64,000 nt of DNA from an uncultured cyanobacterium (GTDB taxonomy: Bacteria; Cyanobacteriota; Cyanobacteriia; Cyanobacteriales; Microcystaceae): positions 1 through 64,000 of the forward strand of contig CAWEDJ010000031.1 of assembly GCA_963807635.1 (NCBI GenBank), written 5' to 3'. Below, piece after piece: positions 21,382 to 31,645 of the stretch. A program made the position numbers and the translations under genes. The notes beneath the pieces were generated by a model. That model saw only the letters and a program-made list of their open reading frames with translations. It was not told the origin of the DNA and ran no database searches. The stretch's first letter is position 1. Every line of letters begins with the position of its first letter.

Positions 21382-21993
21382 ATGTATAGAAAAGAATCCA
21401 ATCCTAAAAAATTTCTCCCATTCTCAACTGGTATAATACAATTCCTATTGACATTATGCCAAAAGACGTTTAATTCCTACTTTTTGCGTCAATTTATTCC
21501 TTTTTTGCTGGTTTGCTCAGTATTTTTTAGTATTATCTTGCTCAAAAGTCCCAGCCTATTATTCTGTCTTTTAGTTAGTATCGTAACAACAGCAATGATT
21601 CAGTATTTTGGTAGGCAATTGGGCTGTTCAACGCGATCGCTAATTCCCTTACAAATGTTAGTAACGGTTGGGATATTTAGTGGATTTTGGTTAGACTATT
21701 TTGCCGATCCTGCCCAGGGACAATTTTTTAAAAAAGCTGAAGATTTTTTTCAAAATACTTTGAGTCAAGGAGCGGGTACAACCAATAATACCCAAGCCCC
21801 CATCGGTTTAGTGTTTAATATATTGCGAGCTATCTATTTACTTTATATTGCAGGTTCTTTAGTAAGTGTGATTAACGCAGTTCGTAAAGATGAGGAATGG
21901 CAAAGTATGGCTAGAACCCCCTTGTTGGTCGTTATTGCTGTCACAATGGCGGATGTGCTAACAGGTTTTATTATTGGTGACACAGGTAAATAA
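21382..21993 (+). CDS. VirB2/TrbC pilin-like membrane protein
   Basis: Long hydrophobic leader, PAQG-QFF processing-like site, two C-terminal hydrophobic helices; lies upstream of the virB3/virB4-like genes. Confidence 0.6.
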   Translation: MYRKESNPKKFLPFSTGIIQFLLTLCQKTFNSYFLRQFIPFLLVCSVFFSIILLKSPSLLFCLLVSIVTTAMIQYFGRQLGCSTRSLIPLQMLVTVGIFSGFWLDYFADPAQGQFFKKAEDFFQNTLSQGAGTTNNTQAPIGLVFNILRAIYLLYIAGSLVSVINAVRKDEEWQSMARTPLLVVIAVTMADVLTGFIIGDTGK

Positions 21994-22019
21994 TTGACCC
22001 AAAATATTTCAAATTTATC

Positions 22020-22385
22020 ATGACTAAAGAAAGAGAAAATCAATTTCGTCCCGTGAATCAAATCTTAGGCACTCAGCCATCCCTTGGCCCCATTCCTGCG
22101 GATCAAATTATTCCTTGGACAGTCATTATTTTAACCGCTTATTTTGTGATTAATGGTATTTTTGGGAGTTTATTCGCCGATGATTTTCAAAAATGGTTAT
22201 GGATAGCTCTAATTGCCGCTTGGGGAATAGCCACCTGGTGGATTCTAACGGGCGGAAAAAGTTGGCGTTTTTTAGGTAAATTTATTGCAGTCCCTACTTG
22301 GACAAGGGGTTTTGCCCGTTATCAAAGCTGGCTAGAAATGCACTATGAAGCAAAAAATTGGCAAACAAAACATCGAAAAAAATAA
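22020..22385 (+). CDS. VirB3-like small membrane protein
   Basis: FRPVNQILGTQPSLGPIP plus two TMs; overlaps the start of the virB4-like gene. Confidence 0.6.
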   Translation: MTKERENQFRPVNQILGTQPSLGPIPADQIIPWTVIILTAYFVINGIFGSLFADDFQKWLWIALIAAWGIATWWILTGGKSWRFLGKFIAVPTWTRGFARYQSWLEMHYEAKNWQTKHRKK

Positions 22386-25083
22386 AACAAGATTAACTCC
22401 CTTTGAAGATGCCTTACATTTAGCAACAATGCTACAAATTTCTCTCAATAGTAGGGAAATTGGAGCATATTTATTAAGCAAGGGAACTCAAAAGGATCGA
22501 TTTTGTTTTGTTTTCGGTTTTGACTGTCAAGGTATTCATACAACCCTAACATTTGAGCAAATTGAAACAATTTTTGATAATCTAGAAGCAGGATTAAAAG
22601 ATATTCCCCTCGGCGAAAAAATGACACTTCATTTAGGATCTTTTCGCTCAGATAAATCCCGTCAAAAACAATTGTCATCTTTAATTAAACAAGCCTCCTC
22701 CCAAGAAGTTAAATATCTATTAATGGCTGAAAGAGCTAGGGCAAAGCAATTAACGAAGACGGGAATCCGTAAGCCTAAATTTTTTAGAATTTATGTCACT
22801 TATACCATTGAACCTGACACCAATAATACGGATGATTGGATTGAAAGTTTATTAGCAAAAACTGAAATTTGGTGGTCAAAATTTAAAGGAGAACTAACCG
22901 ATTTAGAAAATCAGCGTTTGGAAACGATTATTACAAATGCTTACAAACAAGGCTTTAGCCGTTGGGAACAAGTTCTATCGAATTTGATGGGATTAAATGT
23001 CAAACCTTTAACCGCCGTAGAATTATGGAGTGATATTTGGCGACGATTCAATCATACCGTACCGATTGATATTCCCCAATTAATTACCTTAGATGAAAAA
23101 GGATTGCATGAACAAGTTAATTCAGATTTAAGCAGTAGTAAATTGCTTCTAGAAAATATCCATAGTGCTACCTTGCTGTTGGAATCCGAGGTTCCTGTTG
23201 CCGATCGCCGTTGGGTTCATTTGAATAATCATTATATTGGCGTACTAACTTTTTTAGAAAAACCTGGTGGCTGCACCAATAAATCAGCCCAATTACGGTA
23301 TTTATGGGAAGTATTAGCTAGGGAAAACGTCGTTGATACAGAAATTTTTTGTGAGCTTACTGCCGCGAATCCTACTTTAGTCAAAACTGCCTTACAACGG
23401 GTATTAAAACAATCGAATATAACTGCATTAATGGCTCAAGAAAAAAATAAAACGATTGATGTTAGTGCTGAATTAAAGTTAAAAAAATCCATCGCAGCCC
23501 AAGAGCAATTATATGAAGGAGCCGTCCCCATTTATAACAGCATTGCAATCCTAGTTCATCGTCACCGCTTAGAACAATTAGAGCAAGCAACCCGATATAT
23601 TGAGAGCTGTTTTCAACGTCCCGCCCAGGTCATTCGAGAAACCGAATATGCCTGGAAAATTTGGCTCCAAACCTTACCGATTGTCTGGGAAGGATTGTTA
23701 GCCAAACCCTTTAATCGTCGTCATTTATATCTAACCAGTGAAGTCCCAGGATTAATGCCCTTAGTGTTTACAAAAACTGATGATCAAGAAGGGTTTGAAT
23801 TAATTGCCGAAGAAGGGGGTAGTCCTGTTCATATTGATTTATTTAATCAACACAAAAATTTGGCCCTATTTGCGACAACTCGCGCAGGGAAATCAGTTTT
23901 AGTCTCAGGGATTTTAACCCAAGCCTTAGCACACGAAATTCCTATTGTAGCCTTAGATTTTCCTAAATCTGATGGGACTTCTACCTTCACTGACTATACG
24001 GAATTTATGGGGAAAAACGGAGCCTATTTTGATATTTCTAAACAGTCTAATAACTTGTTTGAACAACCCGATTTACACTTATTAAATCCTGAGCAACAAC
24101 AGGATCGTTTACTCGATTATACCGCTTTTTTAGAGTCGGCTTTAATCACAATGGTTTTAGGGTCATCTAATGATAATAAAATGTTATCCCAAACGGTGCG
24201 ATCGCTATTAAATTTAGCGTTAACTGCTTTTTTTGCTGATAATCAGATTAAACACCGTTATCAAGAAGCAATGCTTCAGGGATTTGGCAGTATTGCCTGG
24301 CAAAAAACGCCTACTTTGCAAGATTTTTTACCCTTTTGTTCCCCCGAACATTTATTATTAGAATCCGTTGGCGGCCAAGTAGAAGAAGCCCTCAATTATA
24401 TTCAATTACGCCTACGTTTTTGGCTTTCTAGTCGCGTGGGAAAAGCGATTTCCGCCCCTTCCAGTTTTCCGACCGATGCCCCTTTGTTGGTCTTTGCCCT
24501 GAGAAATCTTGCAGATAATGAAGATGCGGCGATTCTGTCTTTGAGTGCCTATTCTGCCGCCCTACGTCGCGCCCTCAGCCATCCTGCTTCTATTTTCTTT
24601 ATTGATGAAGCTCCCATTCTCTTTGAATTTGACCAAATTGCTGATTTAGTCGGAAGAATCTGTGCTAACGGAGCAAAAGCAGGTATTAGGGTTATTCTCT
24701 CGGCTCAAGACCCCGATACGATCGCCAAATCCAAAGCGGCTTCTAAAATTTTACAGAATTTGACCACTCGCTTAATTGGACGGATTCAGCCTGTGGCAGT
24801 GGACAGTTTTGTTGATATTTTGAAATATCCCCGCGAAATTATTGCTCGTAACGCGACCGAGAACTTTTTTCCTCGTAAAGAGGGGATTTATAGTCAATGG
24901 CTACTGGATGATAATGGTCTTTATACTTTTTGTCGCTATTATCCTGGTTACGAACAATTAGCCGTAGTTGCTAATAATCCCAAGGAACAAACGGCTCGTC
25001 AAAAAGCGATGCAACATTATCAGGATAAATACGAAGCAATTTCCGCTTTTGCCCGTCAATTAGTGGCGAGTTTGCGGGGTTAA
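22345..25083 (+). CDS. virB4: VirB4-like type IV secretion ATPase, cyanobacterial type
   Basis: 912 aa; Walker A-like ATTRAGKS, Walker B IFFIDEAP, GAKAGIRVILSAQ motif. Confidence 0.85.
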   Translation: MKQKIGKQNIEKNKTRLTPFEDALHLATMLQISLNSREIGAYLLSKGTQKDRFCFVFGFDCQGIHTTLTFEQIETIFDNLEAGLKDIPLGEKMTLHLGSFRSDKSRQKQLSSLIKQASSQEVKYLLMAERARAKQLTKTGIRKPKFFRIYVTYTIEPDTNNTDDWIESLLAKTEIWWSKFKGELTDLENQRLETIITNAYKQGFSRWEQVLSNLMGLNVKPLTAVELWSDIWRRFNHTVPIDIPQLITLDEKGLHEQVNSDLSSSKLLLENIHSATLLLESEVPVADRRWVHLNNHYIGVLTFLEKPGGCTNKSAQLRYLWEVLARENVVDTEIFCELTAANPTLVKTALQRVLKQSNITALMAQEKNKTIDVSAELKLKKSIAAQEQLYEGAVPIYNSIAILVHRHRLEQLEQATRYIESCFQRPAQVIRETEYAWKIWLQTLPIVWEGLLAKPFNRRHLYLTSEVPGLMPLVFTKTDDQEGFELIAEEGGSPVHIDLFNQHKNLALFATTRAGKSVLVSGILTQALAHEIPIVALDFPKSDGTSTFTDYTEFMGKNGAYFDISKQSNNLFEQPDLHLLNPEQQQDRLLDYTAFLESALITMVLGSSNDNKMLSQTVRSLLNLALTAFFADNQIKHRYQEAMLQGFGSIAWQKTPTLQDFLPFCSPEHLLLESVGGQVEEALNYIQLRLRFWLSSRVGKAISAPSSFPTDAPLLVFALRNLADNEDAAILSLSAYSAALRRALSHPASIFFIDEAPILFEFDQIADLVGRICANGAKAGIRVILSAQDPDTIAKSKAASKILQNLTTRLIGRIQPVAVDSFVDILKYPREIIARNATENFFPRKEGIYSQWLLDDNGLYTFCRYYPGYEQLAVVANNPKEQTARQKAMQHYQDKYEAISAFARQLVASLRG

Positions 25084-25118
25084 TTAAGATTATAGAAAAA
25101 TTTGATTTTAATGAATAT

Positions 25119-26699
25119 TTATAACTGGAGTAATTGATTGATATAAACTTCAACTTCCGTTCCAGCAGGTAAAAACCAAATATTAGTTCGTTGCATCATT
25201 TGCGCGATCGCCTGTTGATTCCGTTGGGCAATTTGGGGAACCACGCTACTCATTCCGCCTTCCATTACACCCGCTAAAATATTGCGTTGAGGGTTGTTAT
25301 TGCTAACAATACTGCCTGCTTGACTAGTCGTAACAACTTGGGATTCGGTTCGATTAAATAGTTCGGCGGCTTTACCCAGACCACCCAAAATAAATAGACC
25401 CGCATCCATTGAGGTTATCGAGGATACTTGATTCGGGAACTGGCTCGCAATCAATGGTTTTCCTTCAATTGCCCGAACAGTAATGGCATTTTTAGGGAGC
25501 GTTATTTCCGTAGGATTATTATTAACCGATAGGATAACTTTCTTAACATCTAGTTGTAGTAAACCCTGCTCAGAAAGAGAACGAATTTCTGCTAATAATT
25601 CAGTATTTTCAGGTAAGGCGATCGCACCATCTACGGTTTTTAACGGTTCCTGTAAACGCACAACAAAAATGTTTTTCCCTTCTTGATTGGGATCACCACT
25701 ATTGGACATCATGGTTTCTCCAAAAATAGCCGTTGCCAAGACTGCCCTGACACTATTACCCGCCGCTACAGGTTTAATACTCGGTTGTGGAACGGGGCTA
25801 GAAACGGGATTTTCTACGGTTTGCTGGGGGATAACAGGAGTTGTTGGCTGTGCAATGGGCGGACTGACCACAGGCTTAAAAACAGGAGGAGTATGGGGTT
25901 GGGGAGCCTGAACAACTTTCGGATTATTTTTGTCTAAAGTCGCTATTTTTGAGGGTATTTGCTCTTTTTTAGGCTTAATTGGTATGGATGGTTCCCTAAC
26001 AATGATGGGCGGTTGGGGAACTTTGACAACGCGCTCAACGGTGACAATGCGAGGGACATAAACCGTCTGTACGGTCGTTTGAGGTTGGGTTTGAGGCACG
26101 GAAGTGGGCGAAATCGTTCTATTTTGCCTTAAAGCTTGTTGGGCCGCTTTTATTCCCTCTGTTTGGTCTGATAGGGCTAGTTTTGTTTTTAATGACTCAA
26201 TTTCCGTTGATAAAGTGGCAGTGTCATTTTTCGTCTCTGCGGGTACTTCCGTCGCGATCGGATTGTTTGTTGGGGTTTGATGGCCACTGTTCATCATCTG
26301 AGATAAAAACGCACCTGCAACCAAAATAATCGATAAAGTTCCCATTCCTACTAAGCCTAATTTCGCAAAGGGATTAGCCGAAAGTGGTTCTTCTGTTGGG
26401 GATTCCAACGGTTGAGATGGCGATGGCATTTTTTCCCAAGATTTATCCGCTATTTCAGCGTGATCAAGGGGGTAATCTTGGGTTAATCCCACTAATTTTG
26501 CCATTTTTGATTCCCAATCAGGCTCGTCAGTATCAACAGTTTGAGGATTGATAGAAGAAAGAGAATCCGAAGAATTTTTTTGATGAATTGAATATTGAGT
26601 CATTAGAAAATACCAAAATATAGGATAATCAAAGTCTAATTCAAGAACAATCTTTTTGCTGAAGCTCACACATATTGTAAATTTCAAGCCTAGCTTCAC
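25119..26699 (-). CDS. TrbI/VirB10-like protein (real start probably ~26603, MTQYS)
   Basis: N-terminal TM, coiled coil, Pro-rich linker, then AGNSVRAVLAT...LPENTEL...WFLPAGTEVEVYIN. Confidence 0.8.
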   Translation of the reverse strand: MKLGLKFTICVSFSKKIVLELDFDYPIFWYFLMTQYSIHQKNSSDSLSSINPQTVDTDEPDWESKMAKLVGLTQDYPLDHAEIADKSWEKMPSPSQPLESPTEEPLSANPFAKLGLVGMGTLSIILVAGAFLSQMMNSGHQTPTNNPIATEVPAETKNDTATLSTEIESLKTKLALSDQTEGIKAAQQALRQNRTISPTSVPQTQPQTTVQTVYVPRIVTVERVVKVPQPPIIVREPSIPIKPKKEQIPSKIATLDKNNPKVVQAPQPHTPPVFKPVVSPPIAQPTTPVIPQQTVENPVSSPVPQPSIKPVAAGNSVRAVLATAIFGETMMSNSGDPNQEGKNIFVVRLQEPLKTVDGAIALPENTELLAEIRSLSEQGLLQLDVKKVILSVNNNPTEITLPKNAITVRAIEGKPLIASQFPNQVSSITSMDAGLFILGGLGKAAELFNRTESQVVTTSQAGSIVSNNNPQRNILAGVMEGGMSSVVPQIAQRNQQAIAQMMQRTNIWFLPAGTEVEVYINQLLQL

Positions 26700-27321
26700 C
26701 GAGGCGAAAAGTCGCTAACTGCCAAGGAAGAGGATTATCAGGCAAGGAAATAGGATTGTTTGCGATCGCCCTAACCAAAATTTGTCTATTAAAGGGAATT
26801 GACTTTCCTAACAAATCAGAACCACTAAAAATTAATTGATTAGCTCGTATCTCCACTTTCCACTCTCCGACACCAATCTTGATCGGTTGAGAAATTCTTT
26901 CGATAATCAAAACACTTTCTGTGCTTCTATTATTGGATGTAATTTGATTTTTTTGGTTTAACTTCATCATTTCTGTTTGAAACTTTGGCTTTAATCTATC
27001 CATTAACAAGGCAGAACTAATGGCTAAAATTTCATTTTGAGGTTGTTTGGACGAAAAAGTTAACATTAAAGTCATCGTTTCCCCCACAAAACGACGAATC
27101 GTTTCTGGTTGACGCTCCAAATTCGTTTCTGGATCTGCCGATATGACACGACCATCCGCTAATTCTACCAAACTTTGAGGGGCTAATTGTTGGCTCAACT
27201 GCTGTAACATTGTTTCATGAAAAAATAGTAACAATAAAATAACAAAATTTAATCCAAAGGTTCCCAGGGCAAAGAGGAATAAAATATTTTTTTTCTGATT
27301 TTCTGACTGAAATAATTTCAT
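26641..27321 (-). CDS. VirB8-like bitopic T4SS protein
   Basis: Single N-terminal TM; SLVELADG...IRRFVGETMTLM; paralog of the next gene. Confidence 0.55.
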   Translation of the reverse strand: MKLFQSENQKKNILFLFALGTFGLNFVILLLLFFHETMLQQLSQQLAPQSLVELADGRVISADPETNLERQPETIRRFVGETMTLMLTFSSKQPQNEILAISSALLMDRLKPKFQTEMMKLNQKNQITSNNRSTESVLIIERISQPIKIGVGEWKVEIRANQLIFSGSDLLGKSIPFNRQILVRAIANNPISLPDNPLPWQLATFRLGEARLEIYNMCELQQKDCS

Positions 27322-27373
27322 GTTTTATAGATCATCACATTAACTAAAATAGTTTAATACATAAAAAATAACC

Positions 27374-28198
27374 TCATTTAATAAAACTTTCACTATTCGA
27401 CGAATCTGTGCAGGAAGTTGAACGCTCTTGGGGAGCATTATTATAATTATCCATTAAACATAAATTGCGAATTTCATAAATTTCCATTTTACTCGATCGT
27501 ATCGCATAAATTGCTCCTTGCAAATCCGTCATCTTATCAGGGAGTGGATAGGAAAAATAATCCGTCGCTCGAACCAATAAATCTTTATTAAAAGGTGTAA
27601 TTATTTTACTACTATCCCCTCTTTTTCTTTGAATTAGGTCAGCAACTAAACCCACTCGCCACTGGCCTGATGCGATTTTTTCAGGTAAATCTATGCGCTT
27701 AATCATTAATTCTGCGGAGAGACCTTGTTGATCATCATTTATAAACACTTCGGGTGGTGTTATTGCCGCAATTTCCCTTAAGAAACCCCGACGAAAATCT
27801 TCCGATAAAGCAAAACTAGCAACCCAACTATTGGTCGTTACTTTATTATTTCCTCCCTGGGGGGTACTAATTAATATGCCTCGATCGCGAAGAGGGGCAA
27901 CGCGATCGCTAATCGTTTGAGGTGGTAGCAATCCTGACCAATTAAACATTAGTGTCATGGTGTTATCAACAAATTTTTTAATTGCGACTGGATCTCTTAC
28001 CAAATTATCTTGAATAACGACTTTTTTTCCATCAATTAGTTGGACAAAATTAGGAGGTTGTCTCTGGCTTAATTGACGAATTTTAATTCCCTGAACAACC
28101 AAGAACAACAATACCAAAAAATGTAATCCAAAAGCCGCGATCGCAAAAATTGTTAAAGAATTAATCGGTTGTTGTTGTTTTTCTAGTAACTTTACCAT
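27374..28198 (-). CDS. VirB8-like bitopic T4SS protein
   Basis: Single TM; NFVQLIDG...IKKFVDNTMTLMFNWSG...ALSEDFR. Confidence 0.55.
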   Translation of the reverse strand: MVKLLEKQQQPINSLTIFAIAAFGLHFLVLLFLVVQGIKIRQLSQRQPPNFVQLIDGKKVVIQDNLVRDPVAIKKFVDNTMTLMFNWSGLLPPQTISDRVAPLRDRGILISTPQGGNNKVTTNSWVASFALSEDFRRGFLREIAAITPPEVFINDDQQGLSAELMIKRIDLPEKIASGQWRVGLVADLIQRKRGDSSKIITPFNKDLLVRATDYFSYPLPDKMTDLQGAIYAIRSSKMEIYEIRNLCLMDNYNNAPQERSTSCTDSSNSESFIK

Positions 28199-29269
28199 TT
28201 ATATTTTCGTCCTCACCCAAATTGTCGTATTACTCATTGCATTAAAGACAGCAAATCCCCCTAGAGTCGCCAAGCCTAAAGCCGTAATAGGAGCTAGAAT
28301 TCCGAGAAAAATCATAAACCACATTAAATCGGGATCAGCATTGGCATTTTGTCCTGGCCCATTCATAATAACAGTTGCGGTAGAAATAGCCATAATATTA
28401 AAAGAAATCTTGGCAATGCCGATCGCCAAAAGTCCTGTTAACCAAGCAAAAATAGGTTTTCCCGTTCCAGGCAATAGTGATGCTCCGACAGCGATTGGCC
28501 CCAAAGCCGCGATTAGTAACATGGTTGCTTCTAATAAATTTTGAAAAGCATATTGTAGAGAAATAAAAAAACTTTTAATACTAGTTTGTACGGTTGATCC
28601 TAATAAAACATTAAAGGATATTTCTGATAAATTTCCTGTCCCGTAGGTGATTTGATTAACTTTATTTTCTAAGCGACTAATCCATACTTTATCTCCATAC
28701 GAATTTCGATATTCTTGCCACAGCACATTGATTTTTTCGGAGGATTTAACCAAGCATTGTGTTTGCTGATCTCCTGTTAAAGATTGACAAGGACGTAACA
28801 AAGCACCAGCAACTTCTTCTGCCACACTCATACTCAAAACTTGTTGATAATTTTGCTTGCTATCTGTTGTTATAATAACTTGTTGATTAATAGTGTTTAG
28901 AAAATTTCTTACGCCTAAAGTTAAGTTGGCTAGAGTACTTTCTTTACCCGTATTGGTTAATAATATAACGACAACAAATGGCCAAATTAAAGCAGATAAC
29001 GGGCGGCTATATTCATTCTCCATTACATCTCTGATCCACTGGAATATAAAAAAGATTAATGTACCTACGGCCAAAAAGATACCTAAATTTGTCAGCGATC
29101 GATATAAATTATTAGAGTTGTTATTCTGTAATAAATCTAGCCATTGATTATCCCAGCTTTCAGCAATACTTTGGGCGGTTGTGGTTCCACTATTAAAAAT
29201 ATTACTGATGCCTGTTTCCGATAACAGTAAAGGTAATCTATCAAATAAAATTAAAACATCATTAGTCAT
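28199..29269 (-). CDS. VirB6/TrbL-like polytopic membrane protein
   Basis: Several TMs around a periplasmic loop with a Cys pair; MLLIAALGPIAVGASLLP...FAWL. Confidence 0.7.
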   Translation of the reverse strand: MTNDVLILFDRLPLLLSETGISNIFNSGTTTAQSIAESWDNQWLDLLQNNNSNNLYRSLTNLGIFLAVGTLIFFIFQWIRDVMENEYSRPLSALIWPFVVVILLTNTGKESTLANLTLGVRNFLNTINQQVIITTDSKQNYQQVLSMSVAEEVAGALLRPCQSLTGDQQTQCLVKSSEKINVLWQEYRNSYGDKVWISRLENKVNQITYGTGNLSEISFNVLLGSTVQTSIKSFFISLQYAFQNLLEATMLLIAALGPIAVGASLLPGTGKPIFAWLTGLLAIGIAKISFNIMAISTATVIMNGPGQNANADPDLMWFMIFLGILAPITALGLATLGGFAVFNAMSNTTIWVRTKI

Positions 29270-30087
29270 TATTGGGGAATGGGCAAAAGTTGATTTTCGG
29301 TTTGATTTGCTATTTTTCTTCCTACTAAATCCATTTGAGTCGCTACTCTAAGAAGCTGGGCAGATTCGGTAGCAGTATCTAATCGGCGATCGCGGTTCGA
29401 TTCTTCAATTTGTTGAGAAATATTGGCTAAATTTAAGTTAGAGTACTGTAATGAATGATTAATTTTAATATTTTGTGCTAAAGTCTCGCCTATTATTTTA
29501 GCTTGCTCACTTTGAATCTTGATATTTTGTCGTTGCAAATCTGCTTGATTAGTATTTAATTGAGCAGTGAGCAAGGGAGTTATATTCGTCATGCTACTGA
29601 CACTTGACACAAGTTTTTCAAGCTCATTAATTAATTTATCAGATTTTTGGGAATAGGTGTCAATATTTTTGAGAGAAAGCTCAGTATTTTGTAACTTATT
29701 TTTTAAGCGAATTTGTCCATTGCTCCCCAGAATACTATTAATAGAACCCAAGGTGATGAGGCGGTTAACTTGATTAGTAATTAGTTGCGATCGCACGGCT
29801 GAATTGTTTTCAAAATTATCGGATTGGGCATTAAGAGCTAGGGACTGACGGAGGATTTGTCCCGCATCAATAGGATTGGGAAGATTTGCAATTCCCGTCG
29901 CTTTAATAATAGCAGTTTGAGTAGGAATCCCCAAAGGACTTAGGGTTTCATTAAGGGAGTTTTTCAGATAATTTTGTAAGTCAACAGAATAATATTGAAA
30001 ATCTGTCCAAACTCGTGCTAGCTGACCGAAACTGGGAAGAGCGATTAAAAAAGTCAAACCGAGAGTCAAAAAAATGATTTTTTTCAT
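29269..30087 (-). CDS. VirB5/TrbJ-like secreted helical protein
   Basis: Signal peptide, Gln/Asn-rich helices, NLNLANISQQIEESNR; translationally coupled to the virB6-like gene. Confidence 0.55.
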   Translation of the reverse strand: MKKIIFLTLGLTFLIALPSFGQLARVWTDFQYYSVDLQNYLKNSLNETLSPLGIPTQTAIIKATGIANLPNPIDAGQILRQSLALNAQSDNFENNSAVRSQLITNQVNRLITLGSINSILGSNGQIRLKNKLQNTELSLKNIDTYSQKSDKLINELEKLVSSVSSMTNITPLLTAQLNTNQADLQRQNIKIQSEQAKIIGETLAQNIKINHSLQYSNLNLANISQQIEESNRDRRLDTATESAQLLRVATQMDLVGRKIANQTENQLLPIPQ

Positions 30088-30362
30088 AGTTATGTTACTT
30101 TTATTGAGATCAAGTTAGATCAGGGCTAGTTTTAGCATATTATGTGTTTGCTCCTCCTATTCCACCAGGAACAACCTTGTAGTATTCGCTTAGAAGCTAA
30201 TGAAAATCCATCAGTGCCAGGAACCTATTGATTTTCCGTCACAACGTTTCCTGCGGGGCAAAATCCCATTGGGTTTGACCTGGGCGTGAGAAGATTGAGT
30301 TGTGATCAAACTTTCTAAGTTTCCTTAGTAGGAAGTTGAAATTAAAATGGTAACTTAAAACA

Positions 30363-31220
30363 ATGAACCATCTTTTTTTAATGATCCTTGTCAAAGCTAC
30401 CATCTTTTCTCTAATGTTATCGACGGGGGTTAATCTCTCCCTAGAAAAAATGGTCTCTTTTTGGCGTAAACCCGTCATCCTCTTTCGCGCACTTTTCGCA
30501 GTGGTGGTACTAGTGCCGCTTGTCGTTGTTATTCTTCTCAAGTTGTTCCATTTACCCTCCGAAGTGATGATAGGCTTAGCCTTTTTAGCCGCTTCTCCTG
30601 GTGCGCCCCTCACCACTAAGCGATCACAAATGGCGGGAGCTAGATTTCGTTATTCGGCCAGTCTTCAATTAACCTTGGCTTTACTTTCCGTTATTATTAC
30701 CCCTGTCACCTTAAGTATTTTTGCTGTTTTCTTTCAAGGAATTCCAAACAAAGTAAAGATTTTAGAAGTTGCTCAACAAGTCACGCTAGTACAATTTTTG
30801 CCTATTTCCTTCGGTCTTTTATTACAAAAATTTGGGACTAAGTATGCAGAGACGATCGCTCGTCCGTTAACCATCATTTCCAATAGTTTATTTTTGGTGC
30901 TGATTATTTTAGCCTCTATCGTAGGCATTCCTTTGATGTTTAAAGTTTGGGGATTACCTCTTGTTGCGATCGCAATTATGGTTATTATCTCTCTAGGGAT
31001 TGGTCATGTCTTAGGTGACCCCGATGAAAATAAACGGTCTGTTTTGGCGATTGCTTGTATTGCCCGTAATGTCGGTTTAGCATTGTTTATTGGCGTTTTA
31101 AATGACGTACAACAGCAAATTATTCCTACTTTAATCGCTTACCTGATTTTAGGGTCAATTTTTGGTATTCTTTACTCAATTTGGTATAAGCGTAAACTGA
31201 CAATAAAAACGAATATTTAG
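30363..31220 (+). CDS. Bile acid:sodium symporter family transporter
   Basis: LAASPGAP and ARNVGLAL motifs; multiple TMs. Confidence 0.8.
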   Translation: MNHLFLMILVKATIFSLMLSTGVNLSLEKMVSFWRKPVILFRALFAVVVLVPLVVVILLKLFHLPSEVMIGLAFLAASPGAPLTTKRSQMAGARFRYSASLQLTLALLSVIITPVTLSIFAVFFQGIPNKVKILEVAQQVTLVQFLPISFGLLLQKFGTKYAETIARPLTIISNSLFLVLIILASIVGIPLMFKVWGLPLVAIAIMVIISLGIGHVLGDPDENKRSVLAIACIARNVGLALFIGVLNDVQQQIIPTLIAYLILGSIFGILYSIWYKRKLTIKTNI

Positions 31221-31239
31221 TTAAAAACGAGGTAAATTA

Positions 31240-31596
31240 GTGGAATTATTGGAACATTTAGAAGGTGGATTAGCTCTTATTATCACCTTGTTTAAGTTTT
31301 TGTTAGAAGCTATTGCAGTCTTGTGTATTATCTTAGGGATCGTAAAAACAGGACAACTCGCGATTGCCCTTAATCGTCATCATGGCACAAACCAATTTTC
31401 GCAAATCCGACTAGAATTTGGAATGTGGTTAGTCATGGCCCTAGAATTTCAGTTAGGAGCCGATATTCTTGCTACAACTTTAAGTTCTTCCTTTGATTCT
31501 TTAGGCAAACTTGGCATTGTCGCCCTGATCCGAACTTTTTTAAATTATTTTTTAACGAAAGAATTAGAATCTCAGTCTCAACAAAAAAAAGAATAA
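31240..31596 (+). CDS. DUF1622 membrane protein
   Basis: ALEFQLGADILAT...IALIRTFLNYFL-type signature. Confidence 0.85.
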   Translation: MELLEHLEGGLALIITLFKFLLEAIAVLCIILGIVKTGQLAIALNRHHGTNQFSQIRLEFGMWLVMALEFQLGADILATTLSSSFDSLGKLGIVALIRTFLNYFLTKELESQSQQKKE

Positions 31597-31645
31597 TCAT
31601 AGATTATTTATAAACATTAAACTCTCATTTTTTATTACAATAATT

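Noticed and set aside
21382..30087. Complete ICE or conjugative element
   Set aside because: No integrase, relaxase, coupling protein, tRNA target or att repeats are visible in the window.
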